Origin: Fistulifera solaris
Lineage: Eukaryota
DNA length: 55,220 bases
Reading direction: 5' to 3'
Assembly: GCA_030295235.1 (NCBI GenBank)
Contig: AP026124.1
Location: 2,418,001 to 2,473,220 of the forward strand
Part shown: in pieces, positions 12,430 through 24,611 of the stretch
Layout of the letters: every line of letters begins with the position of its first letter
How positions within the stretch are numbered: the first letter of the stretch is position 1
Translations under genes and position numbers: made by a program
Notes under the pieces: generated by a model
Database searches by the model: none
Seen by the model: the letters and a program-made list of their open reading frames with translations, nothing else
What the model was told of the DNA's origin: nothing

Positions 12430-13464
12430 ATGCCGCAAGGGAATAGCAATAAATCATCATCAGTTCGGTTTGCCGAGGACACCAAGCCCGACGAACCGCA
12501 TGATGACAATCACGCCAAACGCAAATCCGAACGACCGAACGCCTACGAAGAAGATGATATTGATGAATGGTCGGGTAATGATGATGACGAGCCAGATATT
12601 TATTCAAAAGAAATACAACAGGCCCAAAAGAAACGTCGGTATCAAGACGATGAGGAGGATACTATTACCAATATCAATGCAACGACCTCGTTAGCTTCCG
12701 AAGGCATTGCTGTCGAACCCTTTCATATGAAACAAGAAGAATCGGATGGAACGGGATTTTTTGATGGTGATACGTATATATTTCGACGTGACAATAAAGA
12801 AGAACCGGATGCTTGGTTGGATGGTTTAGAGAATAATAATAGTAGTAATGAAGAACCCGCCGTCCGGTCCGTTTCGCGACCCCGTGAAAAGCCCCGTGCA
12901 GAATCCGAGAATTGGGACAGCATGGAACCTGCCGTATTGTATGCCCGAATGATACCTTTGGTGAGTGAATCGGAGACCGTACTCAAAGCCATTGCGCGGT
13001 ACGGAAACTCTATGAAACGTACCCCGCAAGGGGAAACCAATCAACTGGCACAAGATGCGCTCAATTTGTTGACGAGTGCTTCGAATTCGTTACTGTTACG
13101 GGGTCAAGTGGATATTTATGAAAAGACACAAAAGGATTTATTGCAACTGTTGCCGGAGGAGAAGCACTCACGAGATAGTAGTACCAGCACGGTGCAATGG
13201 GAATACGAAGGACGTCAAGATGGAAAGATACACGGTCCTTATTCAACAGCCGATATGTTGAGTTGGATTCAAGCCGGATACTTTGTAGGGGAATCGGCCG
13301 TGAATGTACGAACGGTACAGAAAAAAGTGAAATCAATGCAAGACGATCTAATGGGCGATTTGCTGGAAGACGACGACGACGACGAAAACCAGAACTACGA
13401 GGACGAGTACGAGCGCGGCGAATGGGTCTTATCCGATCAGGTGAATTTTGCAAAGTATCAATAG
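12430..13464 (+). CDS. CD2BP2: CD2BP2/Snu40/Lin1 (U5-52K) GYF-domain protein
   Basis: IAVEPFHMKQEESDGTGFFDGDTYIFRR...DAWLD N-terminal motif; ETVLKAIARYG; C-terminal GYF domain WEY...IHGPYSTADMLSWIQAGYF. Confidence 0.88.
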   Translation: MPQGNSNKSSSVRFAEDTKPDEPHDDNHAKRKSERPNAYEEDDIDEWSGNDDDEPDIYSKEIQQAQKKRRYQDDEEDTITNINATTSLASEGIAVEPFHMKQEESDGTGFFDGDTYIFRRDNKEEPDAWLDGLENNNSSNEEPAVRSVSRPREKPRAESENWDSMEPAVLYARMIPLVSESETVLKAIARYGNSMKRTPQGETNQLAQDALNLLTSASNSLLLRGQVDIYEKTQKDLLQLLPEEKHSRDSSTSTVQWEYEGRQDGKIHGPYSTADMLSWIQAGYFVGESAVNVRTVQKKVKSMQDDLMGDLLEDDDDDENQNYEDEYERGEWVLSDQVNFAKYQ

Positions 13465-14372
13465 TCTATGCGAAGAATGCCGAAAATAAGCTGTGATACT
13501 TCCCGTTGTGCCGCTTACGGTGTCTACTCAATCGGACACAAAGGACGCTTTATTTAAAGAACGATGCCCACCTGGATGAGTGGGTAAACATCTACGAAGT
13601 CGAGACTCAGCCTACGCACACCCTCTATTTGTCAAAAGCATTCATCATCCATCGTGCTCATTGGATATAGCAGTGCGGCTATAAAACTAAAAGGGGATAC
13701 GTTGTTGCAATCAATTCCTTTGTACTTCCAGCCATCAATCGAAGGATGTCAAGCATCAGTCACCCTTTGCGCTTGGGGCCCTTGTCACGCTCGGCTCTTG
13801 CTGCGGATGCAGAACCGAGCGGAAAATTTGTACTTTTTTGATTTGCGGCAATCTCCGTATCGTCCGCTTCACAGACGCGGGTTCCCTCAAGTATCGAAAC
13901 GTCAATAGAAATAGCCCCTGCTCCGTTTTGGTTAAATGATTTGACTCGAGTTCAACGGAAGGAACTAAACCAAATAATAAAGTTGTCTTGCTTCTGGATG
14001 AATCATTGTTAGGAATCTTCTTGCTTATCTTCATCCACCTTTGTTATTCCTACGTTGCTGGTATCGATGATAAGATGCGATGCGGTGAATGAATAAACGC
14101 GGCGCGGGAACGGCATATATCATGATGCATGTCGTACAGGTATTTCATAAGCGAGATTATGTTGTAGTGCGACGTCCGAAACGCGTTTTTACCGGTCCGT
14201 TTCCTAGTGTGATTCAAAGTGTAGACGACGTAACTTCCCTCTCTTGCTCCGGCAAAAGAAAATATCCTGTCACTTTTCTTCCGTCGTTTTTCGTTTCCCA
14301 AAGAACGCTCTCCTTCTCTTGTTGCGAACCAGACTCAGCTTGCACTCATTCATCACCAAAAACAGTATCAAC

Positions 14373-15027
14373 ATGCTGTTTCAATGCTGTGTCACCGCCA
14401 ATGCACCTTGGCCGCGTCCTCCCAAAGCCAATGAACAGTGCTTTGTGGTCAGCATCAGTACAACTCGTCGGTTGTGTGGCATGTCCTTACAGATTTTGCA
14501 CAAATCGCACGACGATGGCACCTGCTTACCATTGCCTTTGAGGGACGTCGTGGGATTCACGAAAGAGGACTACGATTTTCGTATGCAGCAAATGGAACGT
14601 CGTCTGGCGGAATGGAAGGGTGGTTTTGCCGATACCGTCTTGACGACGTGGGCGTTTCTGGTCATTGTGATGTTTATAGTGGCTTACATGACACCATCGT
14701 TTTGGTTGACGAGCTTTCACGATCATCCCTTTTGGATCTTTTTTACTCATGGTCGGTCATGTCGGTGGATTTTATGGTCTTTATAAGTACATTGGTTCCG
14801 AAAATCGTCGGTTAATCGACAAAGTCGAACACGATATGCAATTGTGGCACGGCATTCGAGTCACCATGAAACGTGTGGCGTGTTTGCCACAGTCTACCAC
14901 TCAAAGTGGCATGTATTGTTTTTGTGTGACACTGCAAACGAATGATGATGACGGCGATGCGGTCACTGTGGCCATCTCGGACGTTCATGAGGAAGAAATA
15001 GCGTGTACACACGAGACGTCCGTGTAG
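14373..15027 (+). CDS. Hypothetical two-TM membrane protein (frameshift ~14745)
   Basis: Two overlapping ORFs join at a T-run, giving two hydrophobic segments (LTTWAFLVIVMFIVAY; WIFLLMVGHVGGFYGLY). No family recognised. Confidence 0.5.
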
Positions 15028-15120
15028 TTTATTTTTTCTAAGATTTTCAAAATTATAATTTTGCAACAAGAGGACTGTACACGCAAGTGTCGTTGTATTT
15101 TACAAAGCAACGAATGATGA

Positions 15121-15915
15121 TCATTCTGTATCCATGGCTTCTACGATTATCGACCCCGCATGCTTTTCTACAGATTCCATTTGCGACCGCAATTCTCGTA
15201 CCAACTGTTTCCGATGCGCCAGTTGCTTTTCTAATAATTCAATGAGTGTTTCGTGGGCTTGATGTTCTCGAAATTTATTGCATTCTTGTAACATTAAAAA
15301 GACATTGTGCAATAACTCGTCTCGTGTTTTTCTGTACGAAAGGAAAGAAAGAAGATTAGCGTACCGCACACAAAGCAAAAATCCACTCAAAAACTCAACA
15401 AATGCAGCAATACTCTATACGTGCTTGTTTTCCAGTGGCCGGTGCACGAGATCGTGTGCCAATTGCGCAAAGAGTTGCAAGACGGTCGCATTCAATCGTT
15501 TCACTTCCTCCCGGACCACGGTCGGATCTTCACACAAATCCAAAGGTTGTACCAGCCAAGGATCTTCTACTACTTCCCCAAAGACTGCCACCACATTCTC
15601 ATTGTCTTCTTCTTGGGATGAGATGGTACCGCCCAAAATGGCGTTGGTGTCACCGAGTCGTTGTCGTTCGGCTTCCGCACGGGCTTCGGCCAAGACACGT
15701 GCGGCACGTTCGGTACCATTCTTTAAAGCTTCTGTAGGTATCGGTGGTGGTTCCAGTTGGTCCGCGAGATGATAATAGAACGGAGGAGGAGGGAATTCAC
15801 TAACTAAGAGTGTCGCTTCACCGGGGGCGACGTGCGGAAGTTCATTGTTGTCGTCGTCGTCTTCTTTTTTGCTAATTGTTGTCGTTCGTGACACTTCCGC
15901 AGCGGCCTCTGTCAT
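15121..15915 (-). CDS. MED7: Mediator subunit 7
   Basis: LVSEFPPPPFYY...LEPPPIP, VAVFGE, then ELLHNVFLMLQECNKFREHQAHETLIELLEKQL. One intron at ~15332-15424. Confidence 0.9.
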
Positions 15916-16444
15916 TCTTGTAATGATGAGTGCTATGAAAGTTGACGTTTGGGTATAAGATTCTCTGGCTTTTGTTTTATTTTCGTAATCTTCCTTTGAT
16001 TATTTATGAATATTATTGCTCCGAATTATTTTGAGACGCTGACGGTTTGGAGATGCGGGCAAACGAGCCGTCACGATGATGTTCTCGACATAGCTAAAAA
16101 TGTGCATGGTACGACGCGCACGTCGTACAGTAAAAGACAAGAGCGAGATCATGATGTCTCGACAAATGTGTCGTTTTGATAAGACAAGAAGTCGAAGAAG
16201 GGGCTGGACGACCTGAAGCTGGGAAAAGGAGTGAGCTACCAACAGAGAGAGAAATGCGTATTTATTTCTTTCGTCTCATATAGTTTGCTTCTACTACCTG
16301 GTATTATACTGTATTATTTATTCTCTTTTGCGGCTGTCTATTATCCAATCTTGTTATTGTGTGCTGCTGTCGTCCCTCATATTATATATTCTCTCCAACG
16401 ATGATGCGGAAACTTCTATTTTTTGGCGTTCCTCATCGGTGTCG

Positions 16445-16973
16445 ATGGCTTTTCCTTCTTTACCAGTATTCTCTTTTTCTCCTCCTCCTCCTCCTCCTCC
16501 TTGTACCAACAACGCTAGCGACTTATACACTCGGCATTCGCGATTCGATCATGATTGCTCACAGTTTTCATCATCATCCGGCCTTTGGACCCGCCGGTGG
16601 TTTGCATGGTGCCACTTATACGTGCGATGTTGAATTTCATTGTGCGCAATTACAACCGGACGTCAATTGGGTGCTGGATATTGGACAAGCTTCCACTCTC
16701 TTGAAGCGCGTTTTACAAACCTACAATTATCAAAATCTTGATACAATATTTCCATCGACGACATTGACAACGACCGAATTCATGTGTCGACAAATTCATG
16801 CCGATTTGTGTCGCGCCTTACAAGAAGAACACATTCCATTTCAAGGAGAATTGACCGTGAAATTGTGGGAATCGCATCATGCGTGGGCGAGTTACCGTGG
16901 AGCTGTTGAAAAGATCAACAGAACAAAGAGGAGGAATAGAGTACATGCGAATGAACTACAACGTTCTAGTTGA
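16445..16973 (+). CDS. 6-pyruvoyl-tetrahydropterin synthase/QueD (COG0720) family protein; start uncertain
   Basis: T-fold motifs YTLGIRDSIMIAHSF...FGPAGGLHGATY...VLDIG...YNYQNLD...TTTEFMC...VKLWESH. Confidence 0.85.
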
Positions 16974-17029
16974 CAATGATAGTAGAACGCTTTTTCAGTT
17001 CGCTCGTTATATATTCACCCTTACACTTA

Positions 17030-18331
17030 CTACTCGATACTCCAATCCCGACTCCGTCGTTGTTGTTTCGATTTGGGCAACTTGACGTGCAATTGTAAAT
17101 CCACTACCGTACATTGAAACAATTTTTGTAGTTCTTTCGTAGCACGCCGACGAATGTGTTCCAACGTACGTCCTTGATGACCCCGGACAATATCCCGATG
17201 ACTTGCGGTCATGACGAGAATATCTTGCCAAATTTGGATTCTGCGTGGTAATCCTGTGTTCGGGTCGGTATCAATGTACCAAAACCGATTTTTTTGTCGC
17301 AATTGGTACGGCAATTCTTGATGCAAGGCTCGATACAATTGTTCTCGAACAATTTCGGTCACCCGTTCTTCTGGTGACAAATTCGTTTGCTCAGACGAGT
17401 CCAATTCCCATTCGTCACAGTCGGTCGCTTCGTCCAACAAAAACTGTAACAAATCTTGCATACCGGGATCTTTGTCACGGGCTAGTGCGGAAACATAGAA
17501 AAACATGGGCATTTGGGGAAGTATGATAGTGTCGTGTTGTTGGGGTGTTCTGTGTGACAGCGACAACGACGACGACGACGACGACGATACTATTTGTTCC
17601 ATTGATGGACGTTTCGGCAAAGAAATAGCATTTCTTTCTTCTGCTTCTTGTTGTTGTTGTTGCTCGAGATAATGATACCAAATGCATTCTTCCGCCAAGG
17701 AACCAATTTCCATTGCAACATCGAGTAATTCGACTTTTGGGTATACCAAGTCGACTTTATTGAGTACGACGGCAAATTTCGGTTTCATTATCGAAGTTGC
17801 TTCTGCAATAGTTAAACTGTCATCGTTTTCGAATACTACTTCGAAACGTCCTTCAGTTTGTAAGGCTAGTAACATGAGCCGCACGAGTGATTCTTGCACG
17901 TCCGTGGTCAATCGTCGCGCTGCATCGACCACTAACAACGTAAAATCCACTTGACTCACTTGTGCAGTACTAGTCATGAGATCGCGATCGACGGCATCAT
18001 CGTGTCGTAAAAATCCCGGTGTATCGACAAACAACAATTGGGTGTTTTGCAAAGTTCGTGCCCCTAAAACGGTTTGAACGGTTGTATGACGTTTCGGTGA
18101 CACGGCCGAAATCCGACTTTTCGTTAAAACATTCAAAATTTGACTTTTCCCAGCATTCGGTAATCCAACAATGGCAATGTCGAGTCGTCGTCGTCGTCGT
18201 CGTCGTCGTTTCTTGTCGTCGTTGGTCGAAAACGATCGACAAAGAATAGGACGACATTTTGGTGATTGCTGTGTGCTCTTTCGTGTGCGAACGATCCACA
18301 ACGGCCAAGTAGTAGTACGTGTTGCATTCAT
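17030..18331 (-). CDS. era: GTPase Era (probably organellar, ERAL1-like)
   Basis: G1 GLPNAGKS, VSPKRHTT, DTPG, NKVD, SAL, followed by KH-like EIVREQLYRALHQELPY. Basic Arg-rich N-terminal leader. Confidence 0.92.
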   Translation of the reverse strand: MNATRTTTWPLWIVRTRKSTQQSPKCRPILCRSFSTNDDKKRRRRRRRRLDIAIVGLPNAGKSQILNVLTKSRISAVSPKRHTTVQTVLGARTLQNTQLLFVDTPGFLRHDDAVDRDLMTSTAQVSQVDFTLLVVDAARRLTTDVQESLVRLMLLALQTEGRFEVVFENDDSLTIAEATSIMKPKFAVVLNKVDLVYPKVELLDVAMEIGSLAEECIWYHYLEQQQQQEAEERNAISLPKRPSMEQIVSSSSSSSLSLSHRTPQQHDTIILPQMPMFFYVSALARDKDPGMQDLLQFLLDEATDCDEWELDSSEQTNLSPEERVTEIVREQLYRALHQELPYQLRQKNRFWYIDTDPNTGLPRRIQIWQDILVMTASHRDIVRGHQGRTLEHIRRRATKELQKLFQCTVVDLQLHVKLPKSKQQRRSRDWSIE

Positions 18332-19063
18332 AATTCTGATTTCGTTCGTTTCTTGTTAATAGTACTTCGTCATTCAATCATTCCTTTCGGAACAAAATAA
18401 AGGAAAATACTAGAATGAAATGTAATATGCGGTGCGGAGAAGAAAAGGCGTGCTTGCAAAACATCTACGGATCATACGGACAGACGTAAAGAATTAGGAC
18501 ATGCTACGTAATAATAATATAATCAGGACACACCATACTGGCTCTAGCTAGAGTGCTAGTAGAGAAATCTCTGAGTAAAATGCTTGAAACAACCACAAGA
18601 GCCAACCGCACATTGCACATCTACCATCTACGAACGAAGTCGCAAACATGTTCCTGTTCCTGGCGGCTCACTCCTTCCATCACGACATGAGCCAATGGGA
18701 CACGGGCCCGCGTCACCAGCATGGCGTTGTTGTTTAACGATGCGTGGGTCTTCTATCAAGACAGTAGCGCTTAGAACACGGCCAAAATTACATCGTTTTC
18801 GTACATGTTGAACAACGCCAAACCATTGAGTCATGACTTGTGTGCATGGAAGATGTAGATTGCCCCCAAAACGGATATCGTTACGGGGACGCAATGTCTC
18901 TTTTCGGCTTCTCCGACAATGACTCAGTTTTATGTTTCCTCTACCAATTCATGATTGTATAGTTTTATATTTCTATCGGCGGCAAACACGATACGAGGGA
19001 TAACGCAACACAGCTCCCTATAATAGACGCATTGCTTTGACTCGGCTGGTGCCAAAATGTCCT

Positions 19064-20046
19064 TTACAAATCCAAATCACCATCTGGATCTTCGTCTTCT
19101 TCATCCGAATAATAATATACATTGTCACTTTTATGTTCCGGATCATTCTCTTGTAGAAAGATACGGGGCATTTTTTGTCGTCGTCGTTTTCAAAATGCAA
19201 TGACACCTTCTTTTTGCCTCGTTGCTGCAACGATATCGTAGCTTCTGGTGGAGTGTTGTCATTGTCATCATTGTCATTATCATTCTCATCATCCTTATTT
19301 GACACGAGTTGTAACTGCAACCCTTCTCCACTCGGACACTTCCTTACACGATACGGTATGGTTTGACGCAACACATTGGATGATTCACGGATTCCTTTTC
19401 TGAGAAAGACCGCCGGATTTTGTTGCGTACACAAGACACCCCACGCCGCATCTTCCAACATCCGATGTTGGGTGTCCGTCAATCCTCCTGTTCTTCTTAG
19501 TACGGGAAGTACTACCGTACCGGGCCATTGTTGCAACAAGTGCCACGTCTTGTGAAAACCGTGCAGTACTAGTAACGGTTGCAAGGATTCGATAAACAAC
19601 CAAGAAGATGCTAGTTGTTGTTGTTGTTGTTGTTGTTGAAAATAGTGGAGACATTGTGACAAATCGTGCAACGGCAACAACGTGGATGACGATGATGATG
19701 AGGTTGTTTCTTCCCATTGAAATGGATCTCGACCGGCTCGTATGACTAGTACCGATGGTGGCATTTGTACCTCTCGACGTCCGGTTGTCATCGTCGTCGT
19801 CGTCGTCGTCGTCGTCGACCAATACGTAATCCGTGGTGCTGTTGTTGTTGTTGTATGTTGCAACAACAACAGTTGTTGTATCATGTATTGAAACCACAAT
19901 ATCGGAGAGGTGGCTTGCCATTGCCATTCGTCGATGCGTCGGCTTTCGTGTTGCAGCAACCACAATCGACAATGACTACTACTATTCGATGAGGAAATCG
20001 CCAAACGCTGTACAATGTGAGCGAAGCTTTCGTTTTCATTCTTCAT
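19064..20046 (-). CDS. ELP5: Elongator complex subunit 5-like protein (frameshift ~19175)
   Basis: RecA-like core (LFIESLQPLLVLHG...LEDAAWGVL). After a frameshift at an A-run the C-terminus reads PRIFLQENDPE...DEEDEDPDGDLDL*, resembling the ELP5 acidic tail. Confidence 0.65.
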
Positions 20047-20433
20047 ATTATTATTGTGTGGTGTGATGTGATAGTAGTAAAGAGTGAAGAAAGGATAAAC
20101 AAAAGAGAGAAAGTGTACCTGGTAATATTAATATCTCTCTAGTAATTTGGAAAACGAAAAATCAAAGACTAGTAATCATGTTATAAAAAAGATGCGATGA
20201 TATTATTTGGTGTTTTTTGGCGTCGGTCGTCGTCGGTCGTCGGTTTCCTGTTACCCGTATGGAGGACAGACGCTTGTTTTCAATCCCACTTGCATTCACG
20301 AATTCTTCGTACGTCTGCGTCAGTCAAATCCGCCACACACGTCGCAGAGAAAAACGAAAACCGAAAGGAGAGGAGAAGAGAAGGAGAAGTCGTTGTTGTA
20401 TTACGTCACACATCATTCGTCGCAATAATAAGC

Positions 20434-20436
<3 letters not shown>

Positions 20437-20475
<39 letters not shown>
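20437..20475 (+). repeat. (GA)n microsatellite
   Basis: ~19 GA units upstream of the sigma factor gene. Confidence 0.9.
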
Positions 20476-20477
<2 letters not shown>

Positions 20478-20651
20478 AAAGACACAATAAGAATAACAGC
20501 GCATTCAATGAGTATTGAAAGAAAAGAAGCAAAAATCTCTAATTTCAAAGTCAAAGAACATAAAATAATGATGTATGAAAATGAGGCGCAATCGACAAAC
20601 AACAACAATTACAACAATATACGCGGCAAACGGCGACGAACGGTGACGGTT

Positions 20652-22121
20652 ATGGCTCCTTTAATGCGGCCGTCCTTCCTTATCGTAGGCCTACTAATAC
20701 TAGCCATGGCAACGACGTCGGCATTTACACGGTTTCCTACAATATCAACGACTCCTCCTTCTGCTACTAAGAATATTAATATTCTACGATCATCGACGAG
20801 TATACAAGTACCAGAGATCTACCCTTCTCTGGAAGAACGAATCTATCATCAACGAACCAACGAGCTGCGCTATATCTTTCCAACGAGTCAAGATCAACGC
20901 TACAAAAAAACCAACAAAATCAAAACCACCACCACCACCAAAGATGAAGAACTGTTCACAGAGCCAGCCAACAAACCGATTCTGACGAGTCGTCGTCGTT
21001 CGACGACCATGCCCGGGTTTCATTCTCCACAACGACGAACCAGACAAAGAAGAAAAACGACAACAACGACAACGACAACAACCACAACCACAACCACAAC
21101 AACAACATCAACTTCTCAACCCCATCCGACCCACACCTTGTACATGCAATCCCCCAATGTGCCCGATTCCATGATTCAATTGACCGATGCCATTCATGCG
21201 ACGACTACTCGTATTACACACGAAAAAGAAGTTGAATTGGGTTACAAAACACAAGCCGCGGTGCGTCTCCAAAGACAATACGACTTTTTATTACAAAAAT
21301 TGCAACGTGAACCAACCGATGAAGAATGGTGTGCGGCGGCGGGGAAAATCAATATGGCGGCCATTCGTGAAACTTTGGAAGAAGGCAAGGCCGCCAAGGA
21401 ACAATTGGTCACATCGAATTTGCGGCTCGTGCAATCGGTCGTCAATACGTATTTGCGCAATGGATTATCAGTACAATACAATGCCGGTGATTTGATGCAA
21501 GAAGGGATTGTGGCCCTCATACGAGCAGCCGAAAAATTTGAACCACAACGGGGATGGAAATTCAGTACGTACGCCATGTATTGGGTCCGATCATCCGTCA
21601 AACACAATCAATTGCAACAAGCCGATGTCATATGGGTGCCCCAACGCATCCAAGAACAATACAAAAAGATGAAGGCGAAAGAACAGGAATTGACTACTCA
21701 ATTACAAAGAAAACCGACGCGAGAAGAATTGGCCGAAGTGATGCAGTGTTCGGTGGAACAATTGGAACATTGTCGTGTCTCGGTGGAACGAACCACGATT
21801 TCCTTGGATGCACCCTTACCCAACAGTAAACAACCATGGAAAGATGGGGCTTCGGTGGCGTTGCAAGAATTGGTGGACATTCCGGATGCAGGCTCGTTGC
21901 GACAAGATCTATGGGATACTTTGCATCGTTATTTGGATTCTCATCAAGTCGAATTACTACTACTAAGATATTGTGTCACACCGACGCAAAGCATTGCCGA
22001 GATTGCCCGACAAGTCGACATGACACCCGACAAGGTACGACGGACGCTGCACAAGAGTTTGAAAATCTTGCGGAATGTGGAAGAAATGAAATACTTTCAG
22101 CAAGCTTTTTTGCATTATTGA
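20652..22121 (+). CDS. Nuclear-encoded plastid RNA polymerase sigma-70 factor
   Basis: Regions 2-4: AKEQLVTSNLRLVQSV, DLMQEGIVALIRAAEKFEPQRGWKFSTYAMYWVR, ISLDAPL, SIAEIARQVDMTPDKVR. Leader MAPLMRPSFLIVGLLILAMATTSAF looks like a bipartite plastid-targeting presequence. Confidence 0.92.
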   Translation: MAPLMRPSFLIVGLLILAMATTSAFTRFPTISTTPPSATKNINILRSSTSIQVPEIYPSLEERIYHQRTNELRYIFPTSQDQRYKKTNKIKTTTTTKDEELFTEPANKPILTSRRRSTTMPGFHSPQRRTRQRRKTTTTTTTTTTTTTTTTTSTSQPHPTHTLYMQSPNVPDSMIQLTDAIHATTTRITHEKEVELGYKTQAAVRLQRQYDFLLQKLQREPTDEEWCAAAGKINMAAIRETLEEGKAAKEQLVTSNLRLVQSVVNTYLRNGLSVQYNAGDLMQEGIVALIRAAEKFEPQRGWKFSTYAMYWVRSSVKHNQLQQADVIWVPQRIQEQYKKMKAKEQELTTQLQRKPTREELAEVMQCSVEQLEHCRVSVERTTISLDAPLPNSKQPWKDGASVALQELVDIPDAGSLRQDLWDTLHRYLDSHQVELLLLRYCVTPTQSIAEIARQVDMTPDKVRRTLHKSLKILRNVEEMKYFQQAFLHY

Positions 22122-22304
22122 AGACTCATGTAATAAAATCAGATCAACATTTCTAAAACGCTTATTTGTTTTGAACTACTGGCGACGATCCGTTCATTTC
22201 GTTTGCCCTCAAGTTTATCAAGCGAATCGCCCAGCAGCATCCAACTGTGATTGTCGGGCACGTAACACGTCATTATCCTATGACAATCGTCGACGCTTAA
22301 ATAC

Positions 22305-23446
22305 TCACTCCATTGCTCTTGGAACGAGAACGTGTCTTCGACTCTGTCGATAGTCTTCCTGTTTCATTGCTCGTATTTGCTCTACATCCTGCAACAGTTT
22401 CCGCGTGGGAGGATACCAACCACGCTGTGCCAAGGCTTGGCGATTGGTTTGCGACTGCGCCAACGACTGTGCCCAGGCTTTCTGGATGAGCGGCATGAGA
22501 TCCGTCGGTTCGACTTTCGGTTCCCAACCCATGTCGCATTGGAATTCCAGCAACTGGAGTGTTTTTCTCCGCAAAGGCACGACGGAATGCCGTCGTTGCT
22601 TCATTCGCATCGACTCCGGCGGCGAGTTGCGGTACCCCCAATGTGATATTCCATTTGTGAGCCGAATCGTTACAGTACTGCAACAAATCCTCGTTGAATG
22701 ACAGACGGCTACGAAACCCATCCAAGAGGCAACACGGTTCCGGAAGGCCCGGACCACGTTCGTAAACACCCAGTTCATCCAAAGTTTTCAAGACATTGCG
22801 AAGAATATCCGAAGTCAGATATCCGCTAGGAGATTGGTACACCAACGTGGGAATGGTAGTCCCACGAAACTGACACACGGGGCCCGATGGAAAATACTTT
22901 CCGGGACCATAATTGGCTATATTTAAAAAGTCGACTTGATCGTCGCGACAAATGGGATCGACGGTCACATCCAAGCCCGAATGCCATAGTGCCAATATTT
23001 TTTTGCCGGCACCGGCAAACACTACCACACACAACGGGGTCCCCCGAAAAGGAAAGTAACGGCAAGATGGTTGTCTTTTTCGGCATTCGATCCATGCGAG
23101 GGAGCTGGCTGGAATTCTTCACGTAAGCGGGATCAATGTCAAGGACGAATTCTTCACCATATAGAATATATTCCGGATGCGTCACTTGAATCGAAGAAGA
23201 AAGCCCGAACGTCGACGATTTTTGATTGACGATCCTTCCTTCTTCATCGTAATAGACGTCGTTCGGTAATTTACGAGCGACACCGGCTTGGCACCAAGTC
23301 GTAAAGTTGTTTTGAAACATTGTTTTTAATCGATCGGGATGCATCGCTTTGTGTTGGTAATGCATCATGGCCGCACGAGACCAACGACTATTACGCTCGA
23401 TATGATGATTACTATCATCTCGGATTATAGGATCATCGGTGGCCAT
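22305..23446 (-). CDS. Protein derived from a pogo/Tc1-mariner-like (DDE_1-type) transposase core, no TIRs seen (frameshifts ~23030, ~22570)
   Basis: HPEYILYGEE ... SGDPVVCVVVFAG ... GPGKYFPSGP ... SPSGYLTSDIL ... CCLLDGFRSR ... WNITLGVP ... DLMPLIQKAW ... ALAQRGWYP follows the motif order of DDE_1-like transposases. Confidence 0.6.
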
Positions 23447-23927
23447 TCTCACGTCTGCGGGAGTAATCTTTCGTTCTTTTTCTTCTTCTTCTTCGTTGTC
23501 GAACTAAAGTGTGAAAGAAAGAAACGAGTAAAAACCTTCCAAGCACACGGGAGCGCAATGCGTTTCGTCGGAAAAAGCGCGCCATAACGCGGGTCATTCC
23601 TATAAGCTCTATGTATTTGTCTCAACGGAATTATCCCTTCCAGCACAGAACAAGAGTTAGTTAAGACACTTGTGCTCGGCAAAATACTGTACAGTTACTG
23701 GTGGTGCTGGTGCGTACCGGTACCCGGTACCGTACAAGAAAAATACGGTTACTTAAAGATGTTTGTCACTACAATACTTTGAAGTAGTGAAGATTAAACA
23801 AGCGCGCGAGACGGAGATTTGTTATTATGAACTTACTAGTAGGCCTTCCGATGAGAACAATCAAAGTTCATCTCGATTAATTTTTGCTTCAAACGTTACA
23901 AACTACTTTTTTCTATTAAAAAATAAA

Positions 23928-24611
23928 ATGAACACCGATTCCTCGTTTATCGCACGCAACAACCTGTTTTGTAAGGCCGAGCTGGAATGAATCATCGGCC
24001 GTTGCCGTGTACGATGCTTCGTCGCCAAAAATGAAACTGTTAGGATGTTTCTGGTGTCACGGACATGGGCTATTTGTTTGCTGGAATGACGGCATTTCAT
24101 GAAACGATTAATGCTTGGAACACGTCGGCGGTCACGAATATGAAATACATGTTTTATAATGCCATCCAGTTTGATCAAAACATTTGGTGACTGAGATACT
24201 GGAAAAGTCACCAACATGGCGTCAATGTTTATCGTTGCTGCGAGTTACAATCAAAATATCAGAGATTGGGATACGGGAACGGTCACCACCATGAACGCCA
24301 TGTTTTATGGGGCGTCGTCGTTCCATCAACCGATTCCATCAACCGATTGACAACTGGGATACTTCCGCCGTCATCGACTTTACCAAGGTGTTCGAAGGCG
24401 CCTTAGTCTTCAATCAACCTTTAGCAGACTGGGATATTGCCCAAGTGACCGGTATGCGCCGTATGTTTGCCAATGCCGCCGCCTTCGAACAAAATTTGTG
24501 TCCATGGAAGAATAATGCGACACTGAACACCAACATGTTTGTGGGAACAAATTGTCCTTTGCGGGCACACCGACTGCCAACGAGTTTTGCGTAGCGTGCC
24601 CGGCTTCCTAA
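23928..24611 (+). pseudogene. DUF285/BspA-like repeat surface protein pseudogene (copy 1)
   Basis: ~25-aa repeats WxTxxVTxMxxMFxxAxxFNQxI. Trp codons changed to TAG/TGA, plus a 13-bp duplication at 24324-24348. Ends LCPWK...MFVGTNCP...FCVACPAS*. Confidence 0.85.

Noticed and set aside
40..13464. Two U5 snRNP genes (BRR2, CD2BP2) within ~10 kb as a functional cluster
   Set aside because: Unrelated genes and a transposon lie between them; chance proximity cannot be excluded.
18580..18960. Possible decayed coding relics here and at 13560-14030, 26380-26800, 39800-40860 and 45470-46330
   Set aside because: Short, stop-interrupted frames with no motif I can assign.
20217..20651. N-terminal 145 aa of the 634-aa sigma ORF
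   Set aside because: Runs through a (GA)n microsatellite; the plastid-type leader begins at 20652.
16359..22121. Bacterial contamination suggested by PTPS, Era and sigma-70
   Set aside because: Interspersed with intron-containing eukaryotic genes; Era and sigma carry organelle-targeting leaders.
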